In this document: positions 52,446 through 61,333 of the stretch, piece by piece
Layout of the letters: every line of letters begins with the position of its first letter
Numbering within the stretch: position 1 is the stretch's first letter
NCBI GenBank assembly: GCA_028717565.1
Contig: JAQUNP010000002.1
Span: 26,054-90,053, forward strand
Direction of reading: 5' to 3'
DNA length: 64,000 nucleotides
From: Patescibacteria group bacterium
GTDB lineage: Bacteria > Patescibacteriota > Kazan-3B-28
The notes under the pieces: model-generated
What the model was told of the DNA's origin: nothing
Databases searched by the model: none
What the model saw: the letters and a program-made list of their open reading frames with translations, nothing else
Translations under genes and position numbers: made by a program

Positions 52446-54653
52446 ATGAAGAATTTGCTGAAGGCCATTGGCCGAAAGACCTACTTTAGTTTAAAAAGAT
52501 TCGCTCGTGCGATTCGGTCTTTGAATATATTAACTTTTAGCGCTGTCTTTTTGGCTAGCGTTTTGGTGCCGTCTGCTGTTGTGGCTGAGGGCGACTTTGT
52601 ACGGGCGACGGTTACACCGTCTAGCTCAACTATTGAGCTGGGCCAGAGCAAGACCTTTTCAGTTATCACCAAGCTCAATGGTGTGACTACTACTGCTGAT
52701 AGCATCAATTGGTTTGTGAACAGTGCCCCGCAAAGTGGCACCACTTCAATGACCTACACGCCGGCTACGACAGGTGATTATCAGATACGGGCGAATGTTA
52801 CCAAGAATGGTATTGCCACTAGCTCCCAAGCCACTTTAAAAGTGACTGCGGCCGCGGATGATGATACTGATGAGCCAGAAGACGATGATGGCGATACCAG
52901 CGACCCGATTTATGTTCGAGCGGTAGTTACCCCGACTAGCTCAACAATTACTCAAGGTGAAAGCAAGACCTTTAGCGTGGTTGTAAAGAAGAACGGTAAT
53001 GTGACTGATGCTGATAGCATCAACTGGTTTGTGGATGGCGGAGCTCAAGCTAGCTACCAAAACCTCGTTCACATGACCTTGTCCCCAAGTGCTGGAACTT
53101 ACAGTATTCGAGTAAACGTGGTGGAAGAGGGCACGCCGGCTGTTAGTTATGCGACTTTAAAGGTTCTGCCAGCTAGCGACGACCCAGATCCCGACCCTGA
53201 CCCGGATCCTGATCCGGTTGTGGATGACTACTTAAGAGCGGTGATTACTCCAACTAGCTCAACTATTACTCAAGGTGAAACCAAGACCTTCAATTTGATT
53301 AGCAAGTTAAATGGCCTCACTACTACTCCAGACACAATTAAGTGGTTTGTAGACAACGATGAGCAAACCAGCTTCAGCGGCAAGAGCTATCTGACTCTGT
53401 CTCCAGCTAATGTGGGCACATACTACATTAGAGCCCTGGTGACCAAGACCGGTGCGAATGTGGCTCAATCCTATGCCACGTTGATTGTGAAAGCTGGTAC
53501 TACTCCTCCTGAGCCGCCAACCGAGGATTTCGTGAGAGCGGTGATTACTCCAACCAGCTCAACGGTGACGGTGGGTACATCCAAAACCTTTAATCTAATT
53601 ACTAAATTAAATGGCTATACCCACACAGCCGATACGATTCGCTGGTATGTGGATGGTGCGTTGCAAGCTAGTGCCAATGACCATACCTACATTACCTTGA
53701 ATCGTCCGGTGGGCACCTACAGCATTAATGCCAAGGCCTGGATCAACAGTGCGATGGGTCAAGACACGGCGACCTTGATCGTAAAAGATGTGGTGATTAC
53801 TGAACCGGATGACATTGAAGTAGTGATTATTCCGGATTTGAGAAGTGTGGGAACTTATGAAGAGACCAGTTACCGCGCTGTAGTTTACGACGAAAGCGGT
53901 GCGGACGTGACTGACGAGACCACGCTTGACTGGAGCATTTTAGATGGCAACGCTCTGATTTTGAGCGAAAACCATGACGATTTGCGGGTTCAGTCACGTG
54001 GCAACACTGGTACATTCGAAGACATCTACGTCTATGCTAGCCGCAATGGCAAGCACGACAGTGATAAGGCCTACTTGCAGGTGACTAGCGGATACACTCC
54101 GCCAACGCCAACTTGCGAGTACTACCTAACCGCGACTATGCATGGTGTGATTGAGGACGGCAGCTCTCCAAGTGCTGGTGATATTATTAAGTACACCGTC
54201 AAGGTGAACAACTACCGTCCATGCACACTGCATAATGTTAATCTAAAGATTGCTGTGCCACCTGCCCACACAACCTTTGTTGATACCAACTCAGCTTATG
54301 GCACACCGTATCTGTCTGGTGGCTACATCTACTGGAATGCGGGTACCTTGGTCAGCGGTCAAGAAAAAACGATGACTTTCCGAGTGAAGATCAACAGTGG
54401 CGTTCCGAAGGAAGGTTGGTATATCACGGCTTATGGTAGTGCTGGTGCGAGCGAGATCTCTACCTTCAACATCCAATCCAATACCATCTATGTACCGGGT
54501 ACAACCACTCCGATTACTCCGGATCTACCAAAGACAGGTGTGGACTGGATCGTGTTGCTTTTGATCACTTTGTCTTCACTGGGCTTAGCTACATTGACCT
54601 ATGCTGGGATGTATTCCCGCAAGCTGCAACGCGAAAGAATAGGTTACTTATAA
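52446..54653 (+). CDS. LPXTG-anchored surface protein with four tandem ~95-aa Ig-like repeats and a DUF11/CARDB-like domain
   Basis: AAGGGG SD and a signal/TM segment. Repeats begin (D/I/Y/F)(F/Y/L)VRA.(V/I)TP(S/T)SSTI. Linkers are acidic or PD-repeat. C-terminus: LPKTG (54525-54539), a hydrophobic helix, then RKLQRER. Confidence 0.8.
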   Translation: MKNLLKAIGRKTYFSLKRFARAIRSLNILTFSAVFLASVLVPSAVVAEGDFVRATVTPSSSTIELGQSKTFSVITKLNGVTTTADSINWFVNSAPQSGTTSMTYTPATTGDYQIRANVTKNGIATSSQATLKVTAAADDDTDEPEDDDGDTSDPIYVRAVVTPTSSTITQGESKTFSVVVKKNGNVTDADSINWFVDGGAQASYQNLVHMTLSPSAGTYSIRVNVVEEGTPAVSYATLKVLPASDDPDPDPDPDPDPVVDDYLRAVITPTSSTITQGETKTFNLISKLNGLTTTPDTIKWFVDNDEQTSFSGKSYLTLSPANVGTYYIRALVTKTGANVAQSYATLIVKAGTTPPEPPTEDFVRAVITPTSSTVTVGTSKTFNLITKLNGYTHTADTIRWYVDGALQASANDHTYITLNRPVGTYSINAKAWINSAMGQDTATLIVKDVVITEPDDIEVVIIPDLRSVGTYEETSYRAVVYDESGADVTDETTLDWSILDGNALILSENHDDLRVQSRGNTGTFEDIYVYASRNGKHDSDKAYLQVTSGYTPPTPTCEYYLTATMHGVIEDGSSPSAGDIIKYTVKVNNYRPCTLHNVNLKIAVPPAHTTFVDTNSAYGTPYLSGGYIYWNAGTLVSGQEKTMTFRVKINSGVPKEGWYITAYGSAGASEISTFNIQSNTIYVPGTTTPITPDLPKTGVDWIVLLLITLSSLGLATLTYAGMYSRKLQRERIGYL

Positions 54654-54703
54654 ACTTTAGGAATAAGCTGTGTCCCGTTTTACGGGACGAGTTAAACGCT
54701 CAC

Positions 54704-54734
54704 AAAAACCCCGGGTCTATGACTCGGGGTTTTT
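54704..54734 (+). terminator. Intrinsic terminator after the LPXTG gene
   Basis: AAAACCCCGGGTC tat GACTCGGGGTTTTT. Confidence 0.75.
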
Positions 54735-54748
54735 GTTATAATCTACGT

Positions 54749-55847
54749 ATGTCTGAAAACGCGAAAGAGCTATACGAAGATATTCGCCTGCAGTTTGCAA
54801 AACTGCAGGACTATCTTTGACCCTGATGTAATCAAAAAGGAGAATGATACGCTGGCCAGTGAAATGGCCAGAGCCGATTTTTGGAAGGGGGATAGACAGG
54901 TGGCGGCTAAGAAAGCCGAGACCTTTGATTTAAATAGCAAAATCTTGGAAGCCGAAAAAGAAGTCGCTAATGCTCTAGCAGCGGTGGCGCCAGAATTTGA
55001 TGGCGAGTATCAGCTGAAGGAAAAGGCGCTGGTGACAGAGCTGGGGGCGATCAAAGACAAGTTGGTATGGCTAGAGAGCCAAACTTTGTTTAGCGGATCA
55101 TACGATGAAAACGATGCCTTTCTCTTTTTCCATGTGGGGGCGGGAGGAGTGGATGCCGCCGATTGGAACGAGATGCTTTTAAACATGTACCTGCAGTATG
55201 CCAAGCGTAAGGGCTGGGAGGCCGAAATTCTAAACTCGGTAGCTAATGAAGAGGCCGGTCTCAAAAATGCGACGGTGAAGATCTCCGGTCGGAGAGCCTA
55301 CGGCTACTTGAAGGCAGAAGCCGGTGTGCATCGATTGGTGCGACAGTCGCCATTTAATGCTCAAGGATTACGCCAGACATCATTTGCTTTGGTGGAAGTG
55401 CTACCCGATTTAGGCGATGTTGAGGTTGATCTAGATGAGAAGGATTTGAAGATAGAGACCTTCCGTTCATCTGGCCATGGTGGTCAGAGTGTCAACACGA
55501 CTGACTCAGCAGTTCGTATTACGCACATTCCGACTGGCATTTCCGTGGCGAACCAGAATGAGCGGTCACAGATGCAAAACAAAGAAATGGCAATGAAACT
55601 TTTGAAACATAAATTGTTTGTGCATGAGCAGCGTAAACGCGAAGAAAAAGAACGGGGCCTAAAAGCTGCTACGGCCTCGGGTGATTTTGGCCATCAGATC
55701 CGGTCTTATGTGTTGCACCCCTATCAGCAGGTTAAAGATCACCGGAGCGATTTCGAGGAACCACGGGTGGACAAGATTCTGAAGGATGGGGATTTAGATG
55801 AAATTATTGTGAGTGTACTTATCGCACTGCGGGAAGAAGGTGAGTAG
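54749..55847 (+). CDS. prfB: Peptide chain release factor 2, with programmed +1 frameshift: join(54749..54817,54819..55847)
   Basis: Frame 0 reads MSENAKELYEDIRLQFAKLQDYL and then hits TAT CTT TGA C (the classic RF2 shift site). The +1 frame continues DPDVIKKEN... with SPF (RQSPFN) and GGQ (SGHGGQSVN). TGtTATAAT plus 6 nt precedes the ATG. Confidence 0.9.
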
Positions 55848-55882
55848 CGTGGTTTTCCGAAGGACTGAGGAAATACCTTATA

Positions 55883-56164
55883 ATGGAACGGATGGTAGGT
55901 TTTAATTTCCAGTGGTTTGTTTACATTGTGGGATGCCAAGACAAAAGCTATTATTGCGGTTTGACCACGAATTTGCCTGATCGCTTGATTCAGCACAATC
56001 TAGGCAGCGGTAGCAAATATACATCAACTCGATTCCCAGTTCGACTTTTGTGGTCACGGGAATTTGGATCCGAGCGAGATGCGAGGGGGTTTGAACACAA
56101 AATAAAACGTTGGCGTCGACAGAAGAAGGAACAATTAATGCGGGGGCTGATTTATAATGAATAA
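55883..56164 (+). CDS. GIY-YIG nuclease domain protein (UPF0213-like)
   Basis: FVYIVGCQDKSYYCGLTTNLPDRLIQHN...RE..IK; 93 aa. Confidence 0.7.
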   Translation: MERMVGFNFQWFVYIVGCQDKSYYCGLTTNLPDRLIQHNLGSGSKYTSTRFPVRLLWSREFGSERDARGFEHKIKRWRRQKKEQLMRGLIYNE

Positions 56165-56203
56165 GGCATCCCCTCGGTGCCTCGGGGAGTCAAGTTCTTA
56201 GAG

Positions 56204-56878
56204 ATGATAGTATTTGATAAAGTTACAAAACATTACGGTACCCACAAGGCATTAGACAATGTCAGTTTTTCTATTGCGCCACAGGAGTTTGTGATTTTAG
56301 TAGGTCCGTCTGGTGCGGGAAAATCTACGTTGATTAAGCTTTTGCTGTGTGAAGAAAAGCCGACTTTTGGCAACATCACGATTGACGGCAAGGACATCCA
56401 TCTGTTGAAAGAAAAATATATTCCATATTATCGTCGACAGATTGGTGTCGTCTTTCAGGATTTTAAATTACTACGTGGCAAAACTGTTTTTGAGAATGTG
56501 GCTTTTGCACTGGAAGTGTCGGGAAAGCCAGATGACCAGATAAAAAAAGAAGTAACTAAAATCTTGGACTTAGTTGGTTTGAAAGAGAAGGCCGATAATT
56601 TCCCCGGAGAGCTGTCTGGTGGTGAAAAACAGAGAGTAGCGATTGCTAGAGCGTTGGTATTTAACCCGAAGTTTTTGATAGCTGATGAGCCGACAGGCAA
56701 TCTTGATCCACAAAATTCCTGGGAGATTGCGAAGCTGTTGTTAAAAATTAATGAGCTAGGCACCACAGTGCTTTTGGCGACACACAACCGCGACATTGTG
56801 GATGCCGTGCATAAGCGGGTGATATCGCTTGATAAGGGTAAATTAATGAGAGACCGCAAACGGTCAAAATACGCATAA
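56204..56878 (+). CDS. ftsE: Cell division ATP-binding protein FtsE
   Basis: GPSGAGKST (Walker A), LSGGEKQRVAIARAL (ABC signature) and LIADEPTGNLD (Walker B). It lies upstream of ftsX. Confidence 0.9.
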   Translation: MIVFDKVTKHYGTHKALDNVSFSIAPQEFVILVGPSGAGKSTLIKLLLCEEKPTFGNITIDGKDIHLLKEKYIPYYRRQIGVVFQDFKLLRGKTVFENVAFALEVSGKPDDQIKKEVTKILDLVGLKEKADNFPGELSGGEKQRVAIARALVFNPKFLIADEPTGNLDPQNSWEIAKLLLKINELGTTVLLATHNRDIVDAVHKRVISLDKGKLMRDRKRSKYA

Positions 56879-56881
56879 ATT

Positions 56882-57793
56882 ATGACTACTTTTTGGAGAA
56901 GAATTTTTCGTTCGGCATTCAGCGGTTTCAAAAGAAACGGTTGGCTGTCTTTGGTGGCGGTTTTTATTATGAGCCAGGCACTTTTAATCATTTCCATTTT
57001 TGCGTCAATAAATTTGGTGATAGGTGCGAGTATTAATGCTATCAATGAGCGCATTGATGTAGCTGTATTTTTCAAAGAGACGGTTAAGGAGGAGCAAGCC
57101 CTAGCTCTGAGAACCAAGGTGATGACGTGGGAGGGGGTGAACGAAGTAGTATATGTATCTCCTCAAGAGGCTCTAGATAAGTTTCTGAACGAGAATCGAA
57201 ACCGGTCAGCGATTCGCGATGTTATCCCAGCGGAGGAAAACTTCTTGCCAGCCAGCTTGGAGGTGAAGGTAGCGGATCCCTATGTGATTGAGCAGGTCAT
57301 AGACAGAATTCTGAAAAGTGAGGATGCGGCGCTGATTTCGGAAACTAGTTTGCAGGATAACCAACAGCTGATTGCGCGGTTGCGAGATGTGGGGAGTTTT
57401 ATTCAGCGCACGAGTTTGATTCTAGCGGGTGTCTTTGTGGTAATCGCTTTACTGATTATTTTTAATACGATTCGTATTACTATATTTACCCGCCGAGATG
57501 AAATTGAAATTATGAAGCTAGTTGGGGCGACAGATTGGTATATTCGTTGGCCGTTTATTGTGGAAGGTATGCTCTATGGCGTAATCGCTACGCTGCTGAC
57601 GCTGCTACTGCTGTATTTAGGATATTTGGCATTTGTGCGGCCGATGGTGGAAAGCTATGTGATCTCTACAGTCAATAGCCCGATTTTCTCGTGGGGATTT
57701 CTGATCTTCTTGGCTATCATGCAGCTGGTGATTGGTCTGGGGGTGGGAGGATTTAGTAGCTATTTGGCAACAAAGAAACACCTCAATGTTTAA
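56882..57793 (+). CDS. ftsX: Cell division permease FtsX
   Basis: Four TM helices with a large first extracytoplasmic loop. EIEIMKLVGAT..YIR.PF..EG. Confidence 0.88.
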   Translation: MTTFWRRIFRSAFSGFKRNGWLSLVAVFIMSQALLIISIFASINLVIGASINAINERIDVAVFFKETVKEEQALALRTKVMTWEGVNEVVYVSPQEALDKFLNENRNRSAIRDVIPAEENFLPASLEVKVADPYVIEQVIDRILKSEDAALISETSLQDNQQLIARLRDVGSFIQRTSLILAGVFVVIALLIIFNTIRITIFTRRDEIEIMKLVGATDWYIRWPFIVEGMLYGVIATLLTLLLLYLGYLAFVRPMVESYVISTVNSPIFSWGFLIFLAIMQLVIGLGVGGFSSYLATKKHLNV

Positions 57794-58940
57794 GCGAGTT
57801 CTAACCTGGTTTTTGGTTATAGCAATGCTAGTGCCTGCTCTGACGGTACGAGCTGATCTTTTGAGTGACAAAACCAGTGAATTAAATAATTTACGCAAAG
57901 AGATTGAAAAGCAACAGTCGGCTTTAGATAGTGCCAAGAAAAGGTCTTTGACTCTACAAAACCAGATCGACATTTTGGACCAACAGATCTCTGTGGCCGA
58001 GTTGCAGCTCCAGGCCCTAACTGCGCAGATTGATCAGACCAACCTGCAGATGGATAGTGTGAATGCGGATTTAGTAGATGCGGAAGTACAAATTTATGAA
58101 AAGAAGCGGGTCTTGCGAGAGGCCATCAAAGTATCGTATATGCGCCGACAAACTGGGTTATTGGAGATGCTGGTGGGCTCTTCTGATCTTTCAGAATTGA
58201 TGAGCCAGTTGGAATATATTACTGCGATTGAGGGCAGAATCTCCAATGGTTTGGCAGTACTAAAAGAACTGAATGAAACTTTGGCAGCGAAAAAAGGTGA
58301 GCTGGAAAAACTTGATCAGGAGCTCAAGGAGTTGGCTAATGCCAAGCAGTTGGAGCAAAACAGCTTAGCGGTGCAGGTCACGGCTAAGGACTCCATGCTA
58401 CAGGACTCAAAGCTCACAGAAGCTGAGTACCAAAAGCGGTTGCAGGAAGCGGTAGCAGAACAGCAGCGACTGCAGCAAGAAATTGCCGCATTGGCTAAAA
58501 ATACTCGGAAGGGAGAACTCAACCAAGGCAATTTTGCTTTGCAGTGGCCAGTGCCATCGCGACAAATTTCCGCTGGTTTTCATGATGCGGATTATGCAGC
58601 TAGGTTCGGTATGCAACACAATGCGATAGATATTCCCACTCCGCAAGGTACGCCAATTCGGGCACCTGCTGACGCATTTGTGTCAAAGATCCGGTTCGAT
58701 GGTTCTAATGCTTATTCGTATATTGTGCTCGATCACGGTAACGGTATGGTGACTGTTTACGGACACGTCAGTTCAGTCGCTGTGTCGGTGGGGCAATTTG
58801 TGCCAGTTGGATCGGTCATTGGCGGTAGTGGCGGCACGCCAGGGAGCACTGGTGCGGGTTGGTTGACGACTGGTCCTCATTTACACTTTGAGGTTTGGTT
58901 GGATGGGCAGGCGAGAAATCCTCTAGCGTATTTGTCGTAA
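57786..58940 (+). CDS. Coiled-coil M23 (LytM-domain) peptidase, EnvC-like partner of FtsEX
   Basis: Signal MFKRVLTWFLVIAMLVPALTVRA, a long coiled coil, and LytM motifs HNAIDI and GPHLHFEV. It overlaps the ftsX end. Confidence 0.85.
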   Translation: MFKRVLTWFLVIAMLVPALTVRADLLSDKTSELNNLRKEIEKQQSALDSAKKRSLTLQNQIDILDQQISVAELQLQALTAQIDQTNLQMDSVNADLVDAEVQIYEKKRVLREAIKVSYMRRQTGLLEMLVGSSDLSELMSQLEYITAIEGRISNGLAVLKELNETLAAKKGELEKLDQELKELANAKQLEQNSLAVQVTAKDSMLQDSKLTEAEYQKRLQEAVAEQQRLQQEIAALAKNTRKGELNQGNFALQWPVPSRQISAGFHDADYAARFGMQHNAIDIPTPQGTPIRAPADAFVSKIRFDGSNAYSYIVLDHGNGMVTVYGHVSSVAVSVGQFVPVGSVIGGSGGTPGSTGAGWLTTGPHLHFEVWLDGQARNPLAYLS

Positions 58941-58966
58941 GCGCTAGACGGCGCTTCAACCCGTCG

Positions 58967-59147
58967 TCACTTTTTTAGAAAAAGTGACATAAAAATCCTC
59001 CGCGGTCGAAAATAGCTGTTCATCTCAAATAACAGCTGCTTTATGCTTATCACCAAACTCGCTACGCTCAAACATGGGCACGCTTAAATGCAGCTGTTAT
59101 TTGGATTCAAGACGCTATTTTCTCCGACGCTCGACTAGGAAGGAGAT
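58967..59147. repeat. R1-like composite hairpin repeat (copy D), related to 19140-19320
   Basis: GTCACTTTTTT aga AAAAAGTGAC hairpin, then CAAATAACAGCTGC (59026-39) paired with GCAGCTGTTATTTG (59090-103). The core-like segment is CCAAACTC gctacgc TCAAACATGG. Confidence 0.5.
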
Positions 59148-59210
59148 TTGGCAACGGCTCAAAATCCGCCAGCTGGCGGAGAGCCGTTGAATTTTGGGCT
59201 TCCAGAGCTG
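59145..59210 (+). repeat. R2 (long form), second copy
   Basis: CAACGGCTC aaaa TCCGCC agct GGCGGA GAGCCGTTG aaTTTTGGGCTTCCAGAGC. Confidence 0.7.
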
Positions 59211-59277
59211 TTTTCGGGTTGACAAGACGGCTCGATTTGATAGAATATGTGTATCAGTATTGTACGTGGAGGGTGAT

Positions 59278-59541
59278 ATGGCTAGCACATTGGTGGTGCC
59301 CGGGGCGAAGTTTTACGTGGGCGAAGAACTGTGGTCTGTCATTGATGGTCCACATCAGACCTGGTGTGAACAGCTGGCGATGGAAGCGCGAATTGTCACG
59401 CTTAGCTGCAACCACAACCACGAAACCATCCGGCTGGCCTTTCTGGGGTCGGCTGGTTCATTCCGGGTCTATGAGGTCTATCTCGACGACCCAGAGATAG
59501 GGCCTGTCGAGAGCGTCAGGTTCTCACACCTGACCCTTTAA
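59278..59541 (+). CDS. Small orphan protein
   Basis: TTGACA-16-TAGAAT promoter (59219-59246) and GGAGGG SD; 87 aa. It is followed by the hairpin GGGCTCAAGT c ACTTGGGCCC plus a T-rich run. I recognise no motif. Confidence 0.5.
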   Translation: MASTLVVPGAKFYVGEELWSVIDGPHQTWCEQLAMEARIVTLSCNHNHETIRLAFLGSAGSFRVYEVYLDDPEIGPVESVRFSHLTL

Positions 59542-59642
59542 CCCATAACTCCGTCTGCCCCAAAAGCAAAAGGGGGCTCAAGTCACTTGGGCCCCTGCTT
59601 TATTTTTCTGCTACAATCAATGCAAGAGGTGGGAGAAAGTTT

Positions 59643-60833
59643 ATGAAACAGACGTTTTTTATTTTGGGTGGGTTGGCTGTCCTGGTGGGCGTGTATTTTT
59701 TGGGTGTGACAAAGGGGTTTTACGACAAAGTCAACTTTGGCACTTATGCCACTACGTTTAAGCAGGAACTGATGAATCAGCAAATTGGCGAAACAGACCT
59801 AGGGCTGCTGTGGACAGTAACAGATTTAATAGATGAAAAATATATTGGTGATATCAATTACCGAGACGTTTTGTACGGTGCGATTAAAGGTTCGGTATGG
59901 GCATTGAATGACCCTTATACTACATTTACCGACCCAACTGAAAATAAGGACTTTTTTGATGTGTTGGATGGTATCTACGAAGGTATCGGAGTGGAAATAG
60001 AAATTATCGATGGGAGATTGGTGGTGATAGCTCCAACCAAAGACGGCCCAGCAGAAGCCGCAGGGATAAAGCCCAAAGACGAAATATATGCAGTAGATGG
60101 CGTCAGTGTCACGGGCATGACGATACCAGAAGTGGTTTCGCGTATAAAAGGGCCGGTAGGCACGACGGTGACTTTAGCAGTCGGTCGGGACGGCCTCGAA
60201 GAGCCGCTGGTGGTGAGTGTAAAGCGAGAAGTGGTCAAACGTAAAAGTGTGTTTTTGGAGATGCGGGATGGTGTTGCTGTGTTGACTATTACTCGATTTG
60301 GTTCTGACACAGAGGGTCTTTTGAAAACCTCTATCAACGAAATTTTGGCGCAAGGAGCCAAAGGGGTGGTGCTGGATATGCGAGGTAACCCTGGAGGATT
60401 TTTGGATGTTGGAGTAAAAGTGGCCAATGAATTTTTGAAATCAGGAGTGATTGTGGAAGAAAGATTCAAGGACGGCCAAAGTGTACCTTTCTCGGCGGAT
60501 GGGGGAGGCCGACTAACCAATTTACCGGTGGTAGTGGTAGTAGACGGTGGCAGTGCTTCGGCGGCCGAGATTGTGGCGGGTGCTTTGCAGGATCACCAAC
60601 GGGCACGAGTGGTAGGCGAACAAACCTATGGCAAAGGTAGTGTACAAGAAGTGGAAACTTTCCCCGATGGTTCGGCTTTGCGGATTACGGTGGCAAAATG
60701 GTACACGCCCGATGGGCGTTCGATTAGTGATGATGGTATCAAGCCAGATAAGATGGTAGTATATGACCCTGACAGCGAGACAGACGATCAGCTGACAACA
60801 GCGCTTGAGGTGCTTTTGTCCATGCTGGGATAG
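59643..60833 (+). CDS. Carboxyl-terminal processing (S41) protease with a PDZ domain
   Basis: [18 protein letters not shown] (PDZ), [15 protein letters not shown] and [11 protein letters not shown]. Confidence 0.88.
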   Translation: MKQTFFILGGLAVLVGVYFLGVTKGFYDKVNFGTYATTFKQELMNQQIGETDLGLLWTVTDLIDEKYIGDINYRDVLYGAIKGSVWALNDPYTTFTDPTENKDFFDVLDGIYEGIGVEIEIIDGRLVVIAPTKDGPAEAAGIKPKDEIYAVDGVSVTGMTIPEVVSRIKGPVGTTVTLAVGRDGLEEPLVVSVKREVVKRKSVFLEMRDGVAVLTITRFGSDTEGLLKTSINEILAQGAKGVVLDMRGNPGGFLDVGVKVANEFLKSGVIVEERFKDGQSVPFSADGGGRLTNLPVVVVVDGGSASAAEIVAGALQDHQRARVVGEQTYGKGSVQEVETFPDGSALRITVAKWYTPDGRSISDDGIKPDKMVVYDPDSETDDQLTTALEVLLSMLG

Positions 60834-60874
60834 ATGATAAGATATTAACGTATAAAAATCGTAAAAAATCCCTT

Positions 60875-61333
60875 ATGAAAGTGATTTTCCTGAAAAGCGT
60901 AGCGGGGGTAGCTAATGTGGATGAGGTCAAAGAAGTAGCCGACGGATATGCTAGAAATTTTCTGATTCCACGTGGCGTGGTAGTGAAAGCTACACCAGAA
61001 TTGATAGCCGAGGTGGAAGCACGAAAAACCCAACGTGAAACCGAACTAGGTGCTAAACGTGAGCAATATTTAAAACAAGCTGAAGAGCTAAATGATCAAA
61101 CGATTGAGCTCACTGCTAAGGCCAACGAGAAAGGGGCTTTGTTTGCCGCGATCGATCCGCAAGAGATTGCCAAAGAGATTACTGCACAGCTGGGAGTGGA
61201 GATTTTATCTGATCAAATTGTACTCGAGAACCCCATCAAGGATTTAGGTGAGCATGAGGTGAAAGTGATTTTCTTGAAAGATATCACGGCGGTGGCCAAA
61301 GTGAGGGTTAGCGAGGAAGTAAAAAAGAAATAG
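60875..61333 (+). CDS. rplI: 50S ribosomal protein L9
   Basis: [10 protein letters not shown]....[19 protein letters not shown]. Confidence 0.9.
   Translation: MKVIFLKSVAGVANVDEVKEVADGYARNFLIPRGVVVKATPELIAEVEARKTQRETELGAKREQYLKQAEELNDQTIELTAKANEKGALFAAIDPQEIAKEITAQLGVEILSDQIVLENPIKDLGEHEVKVIFLKDITAVAKVRVSEEVKKK

Noticed and set aside
53178-53216. A short tandem repeat (GAYCCN)x6, and the ~300-bp repeats at 52593-53790, considered as possible CRISPR or VNTR loci.
   Set aside because: They are in frame within the LPXTG protein gene, encoding a PD linker and Ig-like domains. There is no repeat-spacer organisation.
54818-54820. The in-frame TGA in prfB read as evidence for an alternative genetic code or a pseudogene.
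   Set aside because: The context TAT CTT TGA C is the conserved RF2 +1 frameshift site. TGA terminates other genes here (for example secD at 18214-18216). RF2 presence itself argues for standard code 11.
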